A stretch of DNA of 64,000 nucleotides from Promethearchaeati archaeon (lineage in GTDB: Archaea; Asgardarchaeota; Heimdallarchaeia; Heimdallarchaeales; Heimdallarchaeaceae): the NCBI GenBank assembly GCA_013166775.1, contig JABLTJ010000003.1, positions 32,001 through 96,000 on the forward strand, written 5' to 3'. Each line of letters begins with the position of its first letter. Position 1 is the stretch's first letter. Position numbers and translations under genes: made by a program. A model generated the notes under the pieces. That model saw only the letters and a program-made list of their open reading frames with translations. It was not told the DNA's origin and did no database searches. Shown here piece after piece: positions 17,775 to 27,318 of this stretch.

Positions 17775-19674
17775 TATAAAACCAGCTGATATTAATATTC
17801 TGAGAGCTAAGGGAGAAGAATCTCTTTATCCAGATAGACCTAAAATTGGAATTAGCATGGCTTCATGCGGATTAGCTGCTGGTGCTGGGAAAATTTTGGA
17901 AACAATTGAAGGAGAATTGAAGAACCTAGATCTTGATTGGATTGTTACAAAAACAGGATGTCCTGGTTTTTGCCAAAAAGAACCTCTATTATATTATCAT
18001 GCACCTGGAAAAGAGAAAATTTACTTCGGTGAATTAACGGAGAAGAAAGCAAAAGATTTAGTCAAAGAGTTATCCGAAAATACAGTAGATAGAGATTTTG
18101 CTACATGGAAAATTATGTCTGATGTTACAATTGATGATAAGACATTGTTCATTAGTGAAGAAACAGAAATCGAAGATATTCCATTATACCAAGAATATGA
18201 TTTTTTTAAAAAACAACATAAAATTGCTCTTAGAAACTGTGGTTTCATTGATCCTCAAAGTATAGAGGAATATATCGCAAAAGGAGGGTATGCAGCTTTC
18301 CAAAAAGCTTTGAAAATGAAACCAGACGAGGTTATTGATTTCATTAAGAAATCAGGACTACGTGGAAGAGGTGGAGGAGGATTCCCTACGGGATTAAAGT
18401 GGGAACTCTGTTCCAAAGAAGATTCAGATATTAAGTATATTATCTGTAACGCAGATGAAGGAGATCCTGGAGCATATATGGATAGAAGTATACTTGAGGG
18501 TGATCCTCACTCTATAATCGAAGGGATGCTGATTGGTGCCTATGGTATCGGATCTAATGAAGGCTATATCTATGTAAGAGCTGAATATCCATTAGCAATA
18601 GAATTGCTAGATATTGCAGTTCAACAAGCTCGTGAAAATGGTTTTCTTGGAGCAAATATCCTCAATTCAGGTTTTAGTTTTGATATTAATCTTGCATATG
18701 GAGCAGGTGCTTTTGTTTGTGGTGAAGAGACAGCTCTAATAGCATCAATAGAAGGTAGACCAGTTGAACCAAGAATAAGACCTCCCTTTCCATCACAATC
18801 AGGTTTATGGGAGAAACCTACCAACATTAACAATGTAGAAACTTGGGCTAATGTACCCCCAATTATTCTGAAAGGACATGATTGGTATTCCTCTTTAGGA
18901 ACAGAAACAAGTAAGGGAACAAAAGTATTTTCTCTAGTTGGTAAAATTAACAACACAGGACTAGTGGAAGTTCCTATGGGAATTACTTTGCGAGAAATCA
19001 TCTACGATGTAGGTGGAGGTATAATCGATAATAAGAAATTCAAAGCTATTCAAACAGGTGGTCCATCAGGTGGATGCCTTCCTGAAAGCCATATTGATCT
19101 ACCAGTGGATTATGAGAGTCTCAAGGAAGCTGGGTCTATAATGGGGTCAGGAGGAATGATTGTTGTTGATGAAGACACTTGCATTGTGGACCTTGCGAAA
19201 TTCTTTATAGATTTTACTAGAGATGAATCTTGTGGTAAATGTGTTTCTTGTCGTGATGGATTAGATGCATGTCACGAAATTCTGAATAAAATAACTGAAG
19301 GAAAATCTGCTTTAGAAGACCTAGATTACTTAGAAGAGCTTGGACAATCAATTGTTGATTTCTCAATGTGCGGTTTAGGAACCACAGCTCCAAATCCTGT
19401 TCTGACAACTCTACGATATTTCAAAGATGAATATATAGCTCATATCGAGAAAAAAGAATGCTCAGCTAAAGTTTGCAAAGCGTTAATTACCTATGAAATA
19501 ATCAAAGATAATTGTGTTGGATGCCAGGCATGTGCTAGACTTTGTCCAGAAAATGCAATAAAAGGGCAGAAAGATAAAGTCCACAAGATTAACCAAGAAC
19601 TCTGTATAAAATGCGGAGTCTGTTTTGATACGTGTAGATACGATGCAATTCTAATAAGGAGTGGTGATAAATAA
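17767..19674 (+). CDS. NuoF/HydB-type FMN/NAD(H) subunit with extra Fe-S domains
   Basis: LRGRGGGGFPTG, NADEGDPGAYMDR, GAGAFVCGEET, GGPSGG, SCGKCVSCR; N-terminal thioredoxin-like [2Fe-2S] domain and C-terminal 2x[4Fe-4S]. Confidence 0.95.
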   Translation: MSDIKPADINILRAKGEESLYPDRPKIGISMASCGLAAGAGKILETIEGELKNLDLDWIVTKTGCPGFCQKEPLLYYHAPGKEKIYFGELTEKKAKDLVKELSENTVDRDFATWKIMSDVTIDDKTLFISEETEIEDIPLYQEYDFFKKQHKIALRNCGFIDPQSIEEYIAKGGYAAFQKALKMKPDEVIDFIKKSGLRGRGGGGFPTGLKWELCSKEDSDIKYIICNADEGDPGAYMDRSILEGDPHSIIEGMLIGAYGIGSNEGYIYVRAEYPLAIELLDIAVQQARENGFLGANILNSGFSFDINLAYGAGAFVCGEETALIASIEGRPVEPRIRPPFPSQSGLWEKPTNINNVETWANVPPIILKGHDWYSSLGTETSKGTKVFSLVGKINNTGLVEVPMGITLREIIYDVGGGIIDNKKFKAIQTGGPSGGCLPESHIDLPVDYESLKEAGSIMGSGGMIVVDEDTCIVDLAKFFIDFTRDESCGKCVSCRDGLDACHEILNKITEGKSALEDLDYLEELGQSIVDFSMCGLGTTAPNPVLTTLRYFKDEYIAHIEKKECSAKVCKALITYEIIKDNCVGCQACARLCPENAIKGQKDKVHKINQELCIKCGVCFDTCRYDAILIRSGDK

Positions 19675-21449
19675 TGGTGAATATAACTATAAACGATCAA
19701 GAATATGATATTGAAGAAGGAAAAACAATTCTTGAAGCTGCTCAAGCAATGGGATTGGAAATACCGACTCTGTGCTATCATAAAGCTCTTAGTCCGTATG
19801 GTGCTTGTCGTCTATGTACTGTAGAAATTGAACTCAACGGAAGAACAATGTATCAAGCTTCATGCCAATATCTCGTTGAAGAAGGTATGAACATTCAAAC
19901 TGAGAGTGAACGAGTTGTTAATGGCCGTAAGAAGATGATTGAACTTCTTCTAGCAAGAGCTCCGGAAGCAGAAGATATTTTGGATCTTGCTTATAAATAT
20001 GGTGTCAAAGATACAAGATTCTTAAAGGAATTTGATGACGTCTGTATTTTATGTGGTCTTTGTATTCGTGTCTGTCATGATAGAATGGGTTTCAAAGCTA
20101 TTGAATTCATTAACCGTGGAATCGAAAGAAAAGTCAGCCTACCCTTTGAAGATTTCCATGAAGTTTGCAGAACTTGTGGTTCCTGTTCAACATACTGCCC
20201 AACAGGTGCTAAAGCAGTGCAACTAGAAAATCTCACACATCATACTCCAAGACCAATATTATCAGAATTTGATCAAGGATTAGCAACTAGACCAGCAGTT
20301 TATACACCATTTCCACAGGCTGTACCAAAAATCCCAGTAATTGACAGAAATAATTGCATACACTTCCAGACTGGTGAATGTAAGATTTGTCAAGATGTAT
20401 GTGAACCTGATGCTATAAATTATGAACAAGAAGATGAAATTGTAGAAAGGGAAGTAGGAGCAATCGTCGTTACTACAGGTTTTGATCCTTTTGATCCTAA
20501 CAGACTACCTCAATATGGTTATGGAAAATATCCTAATGTAATAACTTCATTAGAATTTGAGAGAATCTCAAGTGCAAGTGGTCCAACAGAAGGTGAAATC
20601 ATTTTCCCAGGAGTTACTGAAATAAAAAGTGCTGCAATTCTCCATTGTATAGGTAGTAGAGATGAAAACACAAACAGATACTGTTCCAGACTCTGTTGTA
20701 TGAATGCCCTCAAAGCTGCGAATCTTATAAGAGATAAATTACCAGATTCTCATGTTTATGAATTTTATATAGACATTAGAGCTGCAGGTAAAGGGTATGA
20801 GGAATATTATCAAAAGATGCTTAGAAGTGATATACGAATTATAAGAGGAAAAGTAGCTGAAATCACCAACATTCCAGATTTGCCTGAAGATGAAGGACGG
20901 TTAACTGTAGTAGCAGAAGACACTCTTCTTGGAGCAATTTTGAGAGTACCAGTTGATCTTGTGATTCTAATGGTTGGTATTGAACCCAAAAAAGATGCTA
21001 GAGATTTAGCCCATATACTCCATTTACCATGTACTGAAGAAGGATTCTATAATGAAAAGCATCCAAAGCTAGCACCAACTGAAACTGTTATAGAAGGAAT
21101 CCATGTAGCTGGTGCATGTCAATTTCCAAAGGATGTACCTGATTCTGTAGCGCAAGGAGAATCTGCTGCAGCTGCTGTTCTTTCAAAGATTGCAAGAGGA
21201 GAATATATTACGGAACCAACGAAAGCTGAAATAGTGGACGATCATTGTTCTGGATGTAGAAACTGTATAGGATTATGCCCCTATTTGGCAATAAGCTTTG
21301 ATGAGGAAGAGGAAATTGCAAAGATAGATTCAGCTCTTTGCCAAGGATGTGGAGTCTGTGTAGCCAGTTGTCCATCTGGAGCAATAATTCACAGAGGTTA
21401 TACTGACAAACAGATCTTTGCGGAAATTGAAGGAGTACTAGAAAGGTGA
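19674..21449 (+). CDS. Fusion of NuoG/HydA N-terminal Fe-S domains and the HdrA C-terminal half
   Basis: IPTLCYH..GACRLC, CILCGLCIRVC, CRTCGSCSTYCP; then EFDQGL..YTPFPQAVP, HCIGSRD, YCSRLCCM, KGYEE, RGKV, GACQFPKD and a C-terminal ferredoxin. Confidence 0.93.
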   Translation: MVNITINDQEYDIEEGKTILEAAQAMGLEIPTLCYHKALSPYGACRLCTVEIELNGRTMYQASCQYLVEEGMNIQTESERVVNGRKKMIELLLARAPEAEDILDLAYKYGVKDTRFLKEFDDVCILCGLCIRVCHDRMGFKAIEFINRGIERKVSLPFEDFHEVCRTCGSCSTYCPTGAKAVQLENLTHHTPRPILSEFDQGLATRPAVYTPFPQAVPKIPVIDRNNCIHFQTGECKICQDVCEPDAINYEQEDEIVEREVGAIVVTTGFDPFDPNRLPQYGYGKYPNVITSLEFERISSASGPTEGEIIFPGVTEIKSAAILHCIGSRDENTNRYCSRLCCMNALKAANLIRDKLPDSHVYEFYIDIRAAGKGYEEYYQKMLRSDIRIIRGKVAEITNIPDLPEDEGRLTVVAEDTLLGAILRVPVDLVILMVGIEPKKDARDLAHILHLPCTEEGFYNEKHPKLAPTETVIEGIHVAGACQFPKDVPDSVAQGESAAAAVLSKIARGEYITEPTKAEIVDDHCSGCRNCIGLCPYLAISFDEEEEIAKIDSALCQGCGVCVASCPSGAIIHRGYTDKQIFAEIEGVLER

Positions 21450-21931
21450 TGAAAATGGTAGTAACAGATGAAAAAACTATTGAAAATACTGATTGGGAAC
21501 CGAGGATTGTAGGATTCTTATGCCGGTGGTGTTCATATGCTGGTGCAGATCTTGCAGGTATAAGTAGACTAGATTACCCACCAAATTCCATCTTTATTAA
21601 AGTACCTTGCACAGGACGTGTCGATCCTACTTTCGTATTGAAAGCTTTTGCTGATGGAGCTGATGCAGTATTCATATCTGGATGCCATCTAGGCGATTGT
21701 CATTATATCGAAGGAAATTACAAAACTATGCGACGATTTGAAATACTCAAAGAAACACTAAAGCAATTGGGTATACATGAGAGAAGGTTTCAACTGACAT
21801 GGATATCAGCATCTGAAGCCCAGAAATTAAAAGAATTTCTCACAAGTATGACATCTTCAATAAAAGAATTAGGACCTATACAATTGCCGATTTTAGCACC
21901 TTTACAAAAGGAGGATAAACAAGATGACTGA
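21449..21931 (+). CDS. mvhD: Hydrogenase delta subunit ([2Fe-2S] adaptor)
   Basis: FLCRWCSYAGADLAG, VPCTGRVD, GCHLGDCHY, WISASE. Confidence 0.95.
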   Translation: MKMVVTDEKTIENTDWEPRIVGFLCRWCSYAGADLAGISRLDYPPNSIFIKVPCTGRVDPTFVLKAFADGADAVFISGCHLGDCHYIEGNYKTMRRFEILKETLKQLGIHERRFQLTWISASEAQKLKEFLTSMTSSIKELGPIQLPILAPLQKEDKQDD

Positions 21932-22880
21932 GAAACTCAAACTAGCCTTCTATTGGGCAGCGAGTTGTGGTGGCTGTGAAGTAGCTATCTTGGATATTGA
22001 TGAAAAAGTCCTTGATGTAGTAGCAATCGCTGATATTGTGTTCTGGCCAGTAGCCATTGATATTAAATACAATGATGTAAGAGCTATGGACGACAAAAGC
22101 ATTGATGTCACCTTCTTTAATGGTTCGATAAGAACTGAAGAGAATGCTGAACTAGCTCGATTATTGAGAGCAAAATCAAAAACATTGGTTGCATTTGGTT
22201 CCTGTTCTTGCTATGGTGGAGTTATAGGTTTAGGAAATCTTTCCTCTAAAGAGGAGTTGTTACATCGAGCCTATATTACAAGTGATTCAACTGATAATCC
22301 TGAGCAGATAAAACCTCAGCTTCATTACAAGGAAGTTCATATTCCTGATGTTCTACCAGCTAATTATGCTTTGGATCAGGTTGTAGATGTTGATTATTAC
22401 TTACCAGGATGTCCACCAAAAGATACACTAGTTTGGAGTGCTATAGAAGCCATTGCTTCTGGAAATCTTCCTGCTAAGGGTGCTGTTTTAGCTCCCAATC
22501 TTACTGTATGCCATGATTGTCCTCGAGAGAAACATGATGAACGAACAATTAAGGAATTCAAAAGAGTTTATAACTTCCAACCTGATGAAACAAAATGTCT
22601 TCTGGAACAAGGTTTAATCTGTATGGGACCTGCTACACGTTCAGGTTGCGATGCTTCTTGTGTTTCTGTAAATATGCCATGTCGAGGTTGTATGGGACCA
22701 ACAGATCAAGTATTTGACCAAGGAGCTAAGATGATTTCCGTGTTAGGAGGACTAATAGATTCTGATGATCCTGAAGAAGTTAAAGAAATAGTTAGTACTA
22801 TAGTTGATCCAGTTGGAACTTTATACTATTTTGGAGTATCCAAGTCTCTAATTAAGCAAAGTGGTGTTAAAAGGAGGTAA
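21924..22880 (+). CDS. mvhG: [NiFe]-hydrogenase group 3c small subunit
   Basis: SCGGC, AFGSC, PGCPP, CHDCPR, CLLEQGLICMGPATRSGC, PCRGC. Confidence 0.92.
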   Translation: MTEKLKLAFYWAASCGGCEVAILDIDEKVLDVVAIADIVFWPVAIDIKYNDVRAMDDKSIDVTFFNGSIRTEENAELARLLRAKSKTLVAFGSCSCYGGVIGLGNLSSKEELLHRAYITSDSTDNPEQIKPQLHYKEVHIPDVLPANYALDQVVDVDYYLPGCPPKDTLVWSAIEAIASGNLPAKGAVLAPNLTVCHDCPREKHDERTIKEFKRVYNFQPDETKCLLEQGLICMGPATRSGCDASCVSVNMPCRGCMGPTDQVFDQGAKMISVLGGLIDSDDPEEVKEIVSTIVDPVGTLYYFGVSKSLIKQSGVKRR

Positions 22881-22884
22881 AATA

Positions 22885-24339
22885 ATGACAGAAAAAACAG
22901 TAAAACATATTGTTATTGATCCAGTAACTCGTCTAGAAGGGCATGCCAAAATTGACATTATTCTAGATGATAAAGGAAAGATAGAAGATGTATACTTACA
23001 AGTACCAGAATTCAGAGGATTTGAAAAATTCTGTGAAGGTAGAAGAGTGGAAGAGCTTCCAAGAATAACACCAAAAATCTGTGGTGTTTGTCCTATGGCA
23101 CATCATATGGCATCTGCAAAAGCGTTAGATATGGCATTTGGGGTTGAACCAACATCAGTTGCTCATAAACTTAGAGAGCTTATGTACAATGCCTATGTAT
23201 TTGAGGATCATACACTTGCCTTCTATTTCCTACAAGCTCCAGATTTTGTAGTTGGTCCATCAGCACCTCCAGCTGAGAGGAATATTCTAGGAGTTATAGC
23301 TAAAGTAGGTGTAGATATTGGAAAGGAAGTCATAAAACATCGAGCTTATGGACAACAAATGTTACAGATTCTTACTGGAAGTAAAATCTTTCCAGCAGTT
23401 GCAATTCCAGGTGGAGTTAGCAAAGGATTATCCGAAGAAGACAGAGACAAAATGATACCTTGGGCTGAGAGTTGTGTTGAGTTTTCAAAATTTACACAAC
23501 AGTTATTGCATGATGTAGTTCTCGAAAACAAAGATTATGTAGACTTGATTCTCTCTGATACATACAATCTGAAAGCATATAATATGGGACTAGTTGATGA
23601 GAATAACAAAATCAACTTCTATGATGGACAAATTAGAGTTACATCTCCTGAAGATAAGGAATTTGTAAAATTTGAATCCAAAGATTATCTAGAACACGTT
23701 GCTGAAGTACCAATCCCACATAGTTATGTCAAACGAACTTATCTCAAGAAATTAGGTTTGGAAAATGGATTATATCGAGCTGGACCTCTAGCAAGATTGA
23801 ATGCATCAGAAGGTATGACTACACCTTTAGCACAAAAAGAATACGAGAAATTCTATAGTGTTTTAGGAGGAAAACCAGCAAATCAAACCCTAGCTTACAA
23901 TTGGGCACGCGTAATTGAACAGCTCTATGCTGCTGAAAGAGTTCTTGAATTATTGAATGATCCAGAAATTACAAGTGATGATTTCAGAACCTTAGCAACA
24001 GAAGTACCAACTGAAGGAGTCGGTGTAGTTGAAGCATGCAGAGGAACACTTTATCATCATTACAAATGTGATGAGAAAGGATTGGCTAAGGAGGTAAACC
24101 TAATTGTGGCTACAACTAATAATAAATTTGCATTAGAGAAATCAGTCGAAAAAGCTGCTAGAGGTTTAATAGAATCAGAGCAACCAGATCAAGGAATACT
24201 GAATATGGTAGAAATGTCATTCAGAGCTTATGATCCTTGTATGGCTTGTGCAACACATTCTCTGCCAGGAAAAATGCCATTGACTATCAATCTTTATGAT
24301 AAGAACAAAAATCTTTTACGTAAAATTCAAAGGAAATAA
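22885..24339 (+). CDS. mvhA: [NiFe]-hydrogenase group 3c large subunit
   Basis: TRLEGH, L1 motif ICGVC, L2 motif RAYDPCMACATH plus a cleavable C-terminal tail. AGGAGG RBS before the ATG at 22885. Confidence 0.95.
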   Translation: MTEKTVKHIVIDPVTRLEGHAKIDIILDDKGKIEDVYLQVPEFRGFEKFCEGRRVEELPRITPKICGVCPMAHHMASAKALDMAFGVEPTSVAHKLRELMYNAYVFEDHTLAFYFLQAPDFVVGPSAPPAERNILGVIAKVGVDIGKEVIKHRAYGQQMLQILTGSKIFPAVAIPGGVSKGLSEEDRDKMIPWAESCVEFSKFTQQLLHDVVLENKDYVDLILSDTYNLKAYNMGLVDENNKINFYDGQIRVTSPEDKEFVKFESKDYLEHVAEVPIPHSYVKRTYLKKLGLENGLYRAGPLARLNASEGMTTPLAQKEYEKFYSVLGGKPANQTLAYNWARVIEQLYAAERVLELLNDPEITSDDFRTLATEVPTEGVGVVEACRGTLYHHYKCDEKGLAKEVNLIVATTNNKFALEKSVEKAARGLIESEQPDQGILNMVEMSFRAYDPCMACATHSLPGKMPLTINLYDKNKNLLRKIQRK

Positions 24340-24370
24340 ACCTTTTCTCTTTTCTTTCTTTTATTTTTAA
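24340..24370 (+). terminator. Archaeal T-rich terminator after mvhA
   Basis: CCTTTTCTCTTTTCTTTCTTTTATTTTT immediately after the stop codon. Confidence 0.55.
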
Positions 24371-24424
24371 TATTCAAAGATTTGTAAAGTGAAATTTATT
24401 AAGGATGGTATCATTCTTTAGTCA

Positions 24425-26092
24425 ATGAAAGTAAGAAGGTTTCTGAAGACTTTACTCTTATTAGTATTGATTCTTAATCTGAGATCAGTTAATACAATAC
24501 TATCCAATGCAGGAATTGTAAAGGAACAGAATAATTCTTCTTATATCTGGTTATGGGAAGAATTGTATGGAGCTCCAAGTAATATTCCTGGAGAAGACGT
24601 TGTTTTCTGGGGAGAGAGCTTAGGACCTTATCATAATTATACTGAAATGGTAAACAAACTAGTGTCATTAAACGAAAGTTTCCCAGAGATTGTTGATTTG
24701 TTCTCACTTGGCAAGACATGGAGAGGAAACGAAATATGGTGTGTAAAATTAACAAATGAAACAATTACAACTGCAAAATCTGAATACTACATTGTAGGTA
24801 ATCATCATGCACGCGAATTAATCTCTGTAGAAAACTCCCTCTACTTTCTAGATAGAATTATTTATGAGACACAATTTGGTAATTTCACTAATCTTCTTTC
24901 TAACAAGGAACTATATGTTATACCTATGTTAAATCCTGATGGTTTATCAATTATACACACTTTTCCAGAACAAAGAAAAAATCTTCGTGAAATTGATGAC
25001 GATGAGGATGGCACGGTTATTGATGAGTATGAGATTGTATATTTTTGGAATACTACATCAAATACCTCTGAAAAGATAGAAATAGACCTTGATGGAGATT
25101 CCTTTCAAGGAGAGGATTTACCAGGAGGTGTAGATTTAAATCGAAATTATCTTGCTTTTTGGGATGTTTCAGGTGGGTCATCCCCTGTAAAGGTAGAATC
25201 AACTTATCGTGGAGAAGCTCCATTCAGTGAGAATGAAACGCAGATAATTAGGAATTTCATGCGAGGACATTTCTTTAACTTAGCAGTGAGTCTTCATAGT
25301 GGGATCCAAGCAATTATTTCTCCTTGGGGGTATAATAGTTCATATCCTATCGCTGATGGTGATGAATTTCAAGCTCTTCTTTCAGAATTAAAAAGCATTA
25401 CACTTTTACCACTCTGGGAAGAAATTCCTGGAAATTATAATGCTTCAGGAACCTGGGATGATTATTGTTACTTGTATCATGATATTATGTGTTTCACACT
25501 AGAAACATATGGTGCTTTTCCATCGGGTTCATTTTTTGATGATTACAATCCTTCTGGTGATCAAATCATAGCAAATTGTGAAATGGTTTTCCCAGCTTTA
25601 ACTTATTTGGCAATGGAACCTCAGCTCACATACTCAAATACACCTCCATCTCTTGATGTTACAAATCCATCAAGAGAGAATCAAGTGTTTGATAATTATA
25701 CTATTAGATGGTCTATGAATGATATTGAAGAAGATTCTCTAAACTGTTCAGTACTTGTTTCTAGAAATGGTTGGAATTGGACAGTATTAGCTTCAAATAT
25801 TATTGGAAGTACATCCATATTCTGGGATGTCACAGATGTTACTCCAGGGTCATATTATTTGAAAGTTGCAGTTTCAGATGGAGAAAACTGGATTTTTGAT
25901 GTAAGTGATATAAAGCTAAATGTAAAAAAAGAACCACCCAAATCCAGAGCTTCTTTCTGGATTTTAGCTGTTTTTATAGGAACTTCTGCTGTTGTGTATC
26001 TATTCTTCTATATCAGAAAAACAAAAAAGATAGGAAAAGATTGGGAACCTGATTCATATAAAGAATCTCAAGCAGAAAAAAAGAAAAAATAA
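24425..26092 (+). CDS. Secreted, membrane-anchored M14 zinc carboxypeptidase
   Basis: Signal peptide, HHARE, LNPDG, GVDLNRN, SLHSG, LETYG, beta-rich domain, C-terminal TM. Confidence 0.92.
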   Translation: MKVRRFLKTLLLLVLILNLRSVNTILSNAGIVKEQNNSSYIWLWEELYGAPSNIPGEDVVFWGESLGPYHNYTEMVNKLVSLNESFPEIVDLFSLGKTWRGNEIWCVKLTNETITTAKSEYYIVGNHHARELISVENSLYFLDRIIYETQFGNFTNLLSNKELYVIPMLNPDGLSIIHTFPEQRKNLREIDDDEDGTVIDEYEIVYFWNTTSNTSEKIEIDLDGDSFQGEDLPGGVDLNRNYLAFWDVSGGSSPVKVESTYRGEAPFSENETQIIRNFMRGHFFNLAVSLHSGIQAIISPWGYNSSYPIADGDEFQALLSELKSITLLPLWEEIPGNYNASGTWDDYCYLYHDIMCFTLETYGAFPSGSFFDDYNPSGDQIIANCEMVFPALTYLAMEPQLTYSNTPPSLDVTNPSRENQVFDNYTIRWSMNDIEEDSLNCSVLVSRNGWNWTVLASNIIGSTSIFWDVTDVTPGSYYLKVAVSDGENWIFDVSDIKLNVKKEPPKSRASFWILAVFIGTSAVVYLFFYIRKTKKIGKDWEPDSYKESQAEKKKK

Positions 26093-26181
26093 TTCATTTT
26101 GAAATATCTCTGCAACTAGCAAATTTTTTAAAGAGGGGAACACACTAGATATTATTAGTGGAATGGTTCAAAGGGGTTTGA

Positions 26182-27264
26182 ATGTATATTTATATCAAGT
26201 ACATTGCTGCTATTGCTTTAGTTTGCGGTGGATTCATAACTGTTTATTGGGGAAGGAGAAGACAGAATCCCTTTTATCTGTCTTGGTCTCTATTCTTAAT
26301 CTCCTATGGAATTTTCTCAATAGTTGATACCTTAGAAAGTATGTATGAAACTATTCTTCTTTACCGAATTCTACTGATTTTTCAGTCATTTGCTTGGATT
26401 TCACTTTTTGCTGCAAGTTTAGAGCAATCAATGATTACAACTCCTAGGGCAAGCAAAATTGTTGCTATAAGCTTGGGAGTCTTTGTCTTATATTTCATTA
26501 TCATACCCCTAAATCCTATTGTTAATGAATTTAAGACTCTAACTATTTCAATCTACAATAAAATTTATACAGACATTTATGGTTTTATTTTTGCTTTTTT
26601 TATCTTAATTAGTGCCTTTCTGCTGATCAATGTTTTCAAGAGATATTTGAAGTTAGCATCAATATCAAAGAAAAAAAGGTTGAAAGTGAAGAGAGATGTT
26701 ACTTTAGTATTTATTCTGATGCTTATAGGTTTAGCATTTCTAGTTCTAATTAGACGCAGATTGGATGTAAACAATCTTGAATATTTTGAATTGGTAGATG
26801 TAATCTACTCATTTGTTGTTGTTCTAACAGTAGCTCTATATCAAAGCCAATCTATGTCTCATGGAATAGAAACTATCTTAGTTGTTGATAAAGAAGGAAA
26901 TCCTCTGTTAGGATACTCTCCCATTAGAAGCAGAAGAATTTCTTTTGAAGAAAAAATAATTGCAGCTGCTGGGTATTTAGCTGGTCTATTTAATTTCATA
27001 CATAACTATGTTGCAACAACTAGTGATGAACAGTTCAAAGAGATGAGAACAACATCTTCAACATTCTCATTTTATGCTAGTGAAAAGATTTTCATGATTA
27101 TACAAACAAAGATATCAAGTCACTTACTTGAAAAAACAGCTAATAATATTATGGGGGAAATTAATACTATCTTAAAAGATTTTCAAGCTAACCAAATGCC
27201 AACAGAGGAGCAATTAAGTAAAATAATAAAAAAACTAGAAAAGAACTTCTATTTAATGGCCTAG
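26182..27264 (+). CDS. Multi-TM (about 7) membrane protein with a C-terminal longin/roadblock-like domain
   Basis: About 7 hydrophobic segments, then IETILVVDKEGNPLL...AAGYLAGLFNFI...FKEMR. Confidence 0.65.
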   Translation: MYIYIKYIAAIALVCGGFITVYWGRRRQNPFYLSWSLFLISYGIFSIVDTLESMYETILLYRILLIFQSFAWISLFAASLEQSMITTPRASKIVAISLGVFVLYFIIIPLNPIVNEFKTLTISIYNKIYTDIYGFIFAFFILISAFLLINVFKRYLKLASISKKKRLKVKRDVTLVFILMLIGLAFLVLIRRRLDVNNLEYFELVDVIYSFVVVLTVALYQSQSMSHGIETILVVDKEGNPLLGYSPIRSRRISFEEKIIAAAGYLAGLFNFIHNYVATTSDEQFKEMRTTSSTFSFYASEKIFMIIQTKISSHLLEKTANNIMGEINTILKDFQANQMPTEEQLSKIIKKLEKNFYLMA

Positions 27265-27318
27265 GTTTTCAAGATTTTTCAGTAACTTTATATTAATGCT
27301 TGAATAAATGAAATAGTA

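Noticed and set aside
18621-19001. Antisense ORFs inside nuoF, and the other short 60-130 aa overlapping ORFs in the track
   Set aside because: They lie opposite or within well-supported genes and have no recognisable features.
16491-24339. Selenocysteine in HdrA, MvhD or MvhA
   Set aside because: The positions known to be Sec in some methanogens are Cys codons here (DCAAC, CRWC, GDCHY, DPCMAC), and there is no in-frame TGA.
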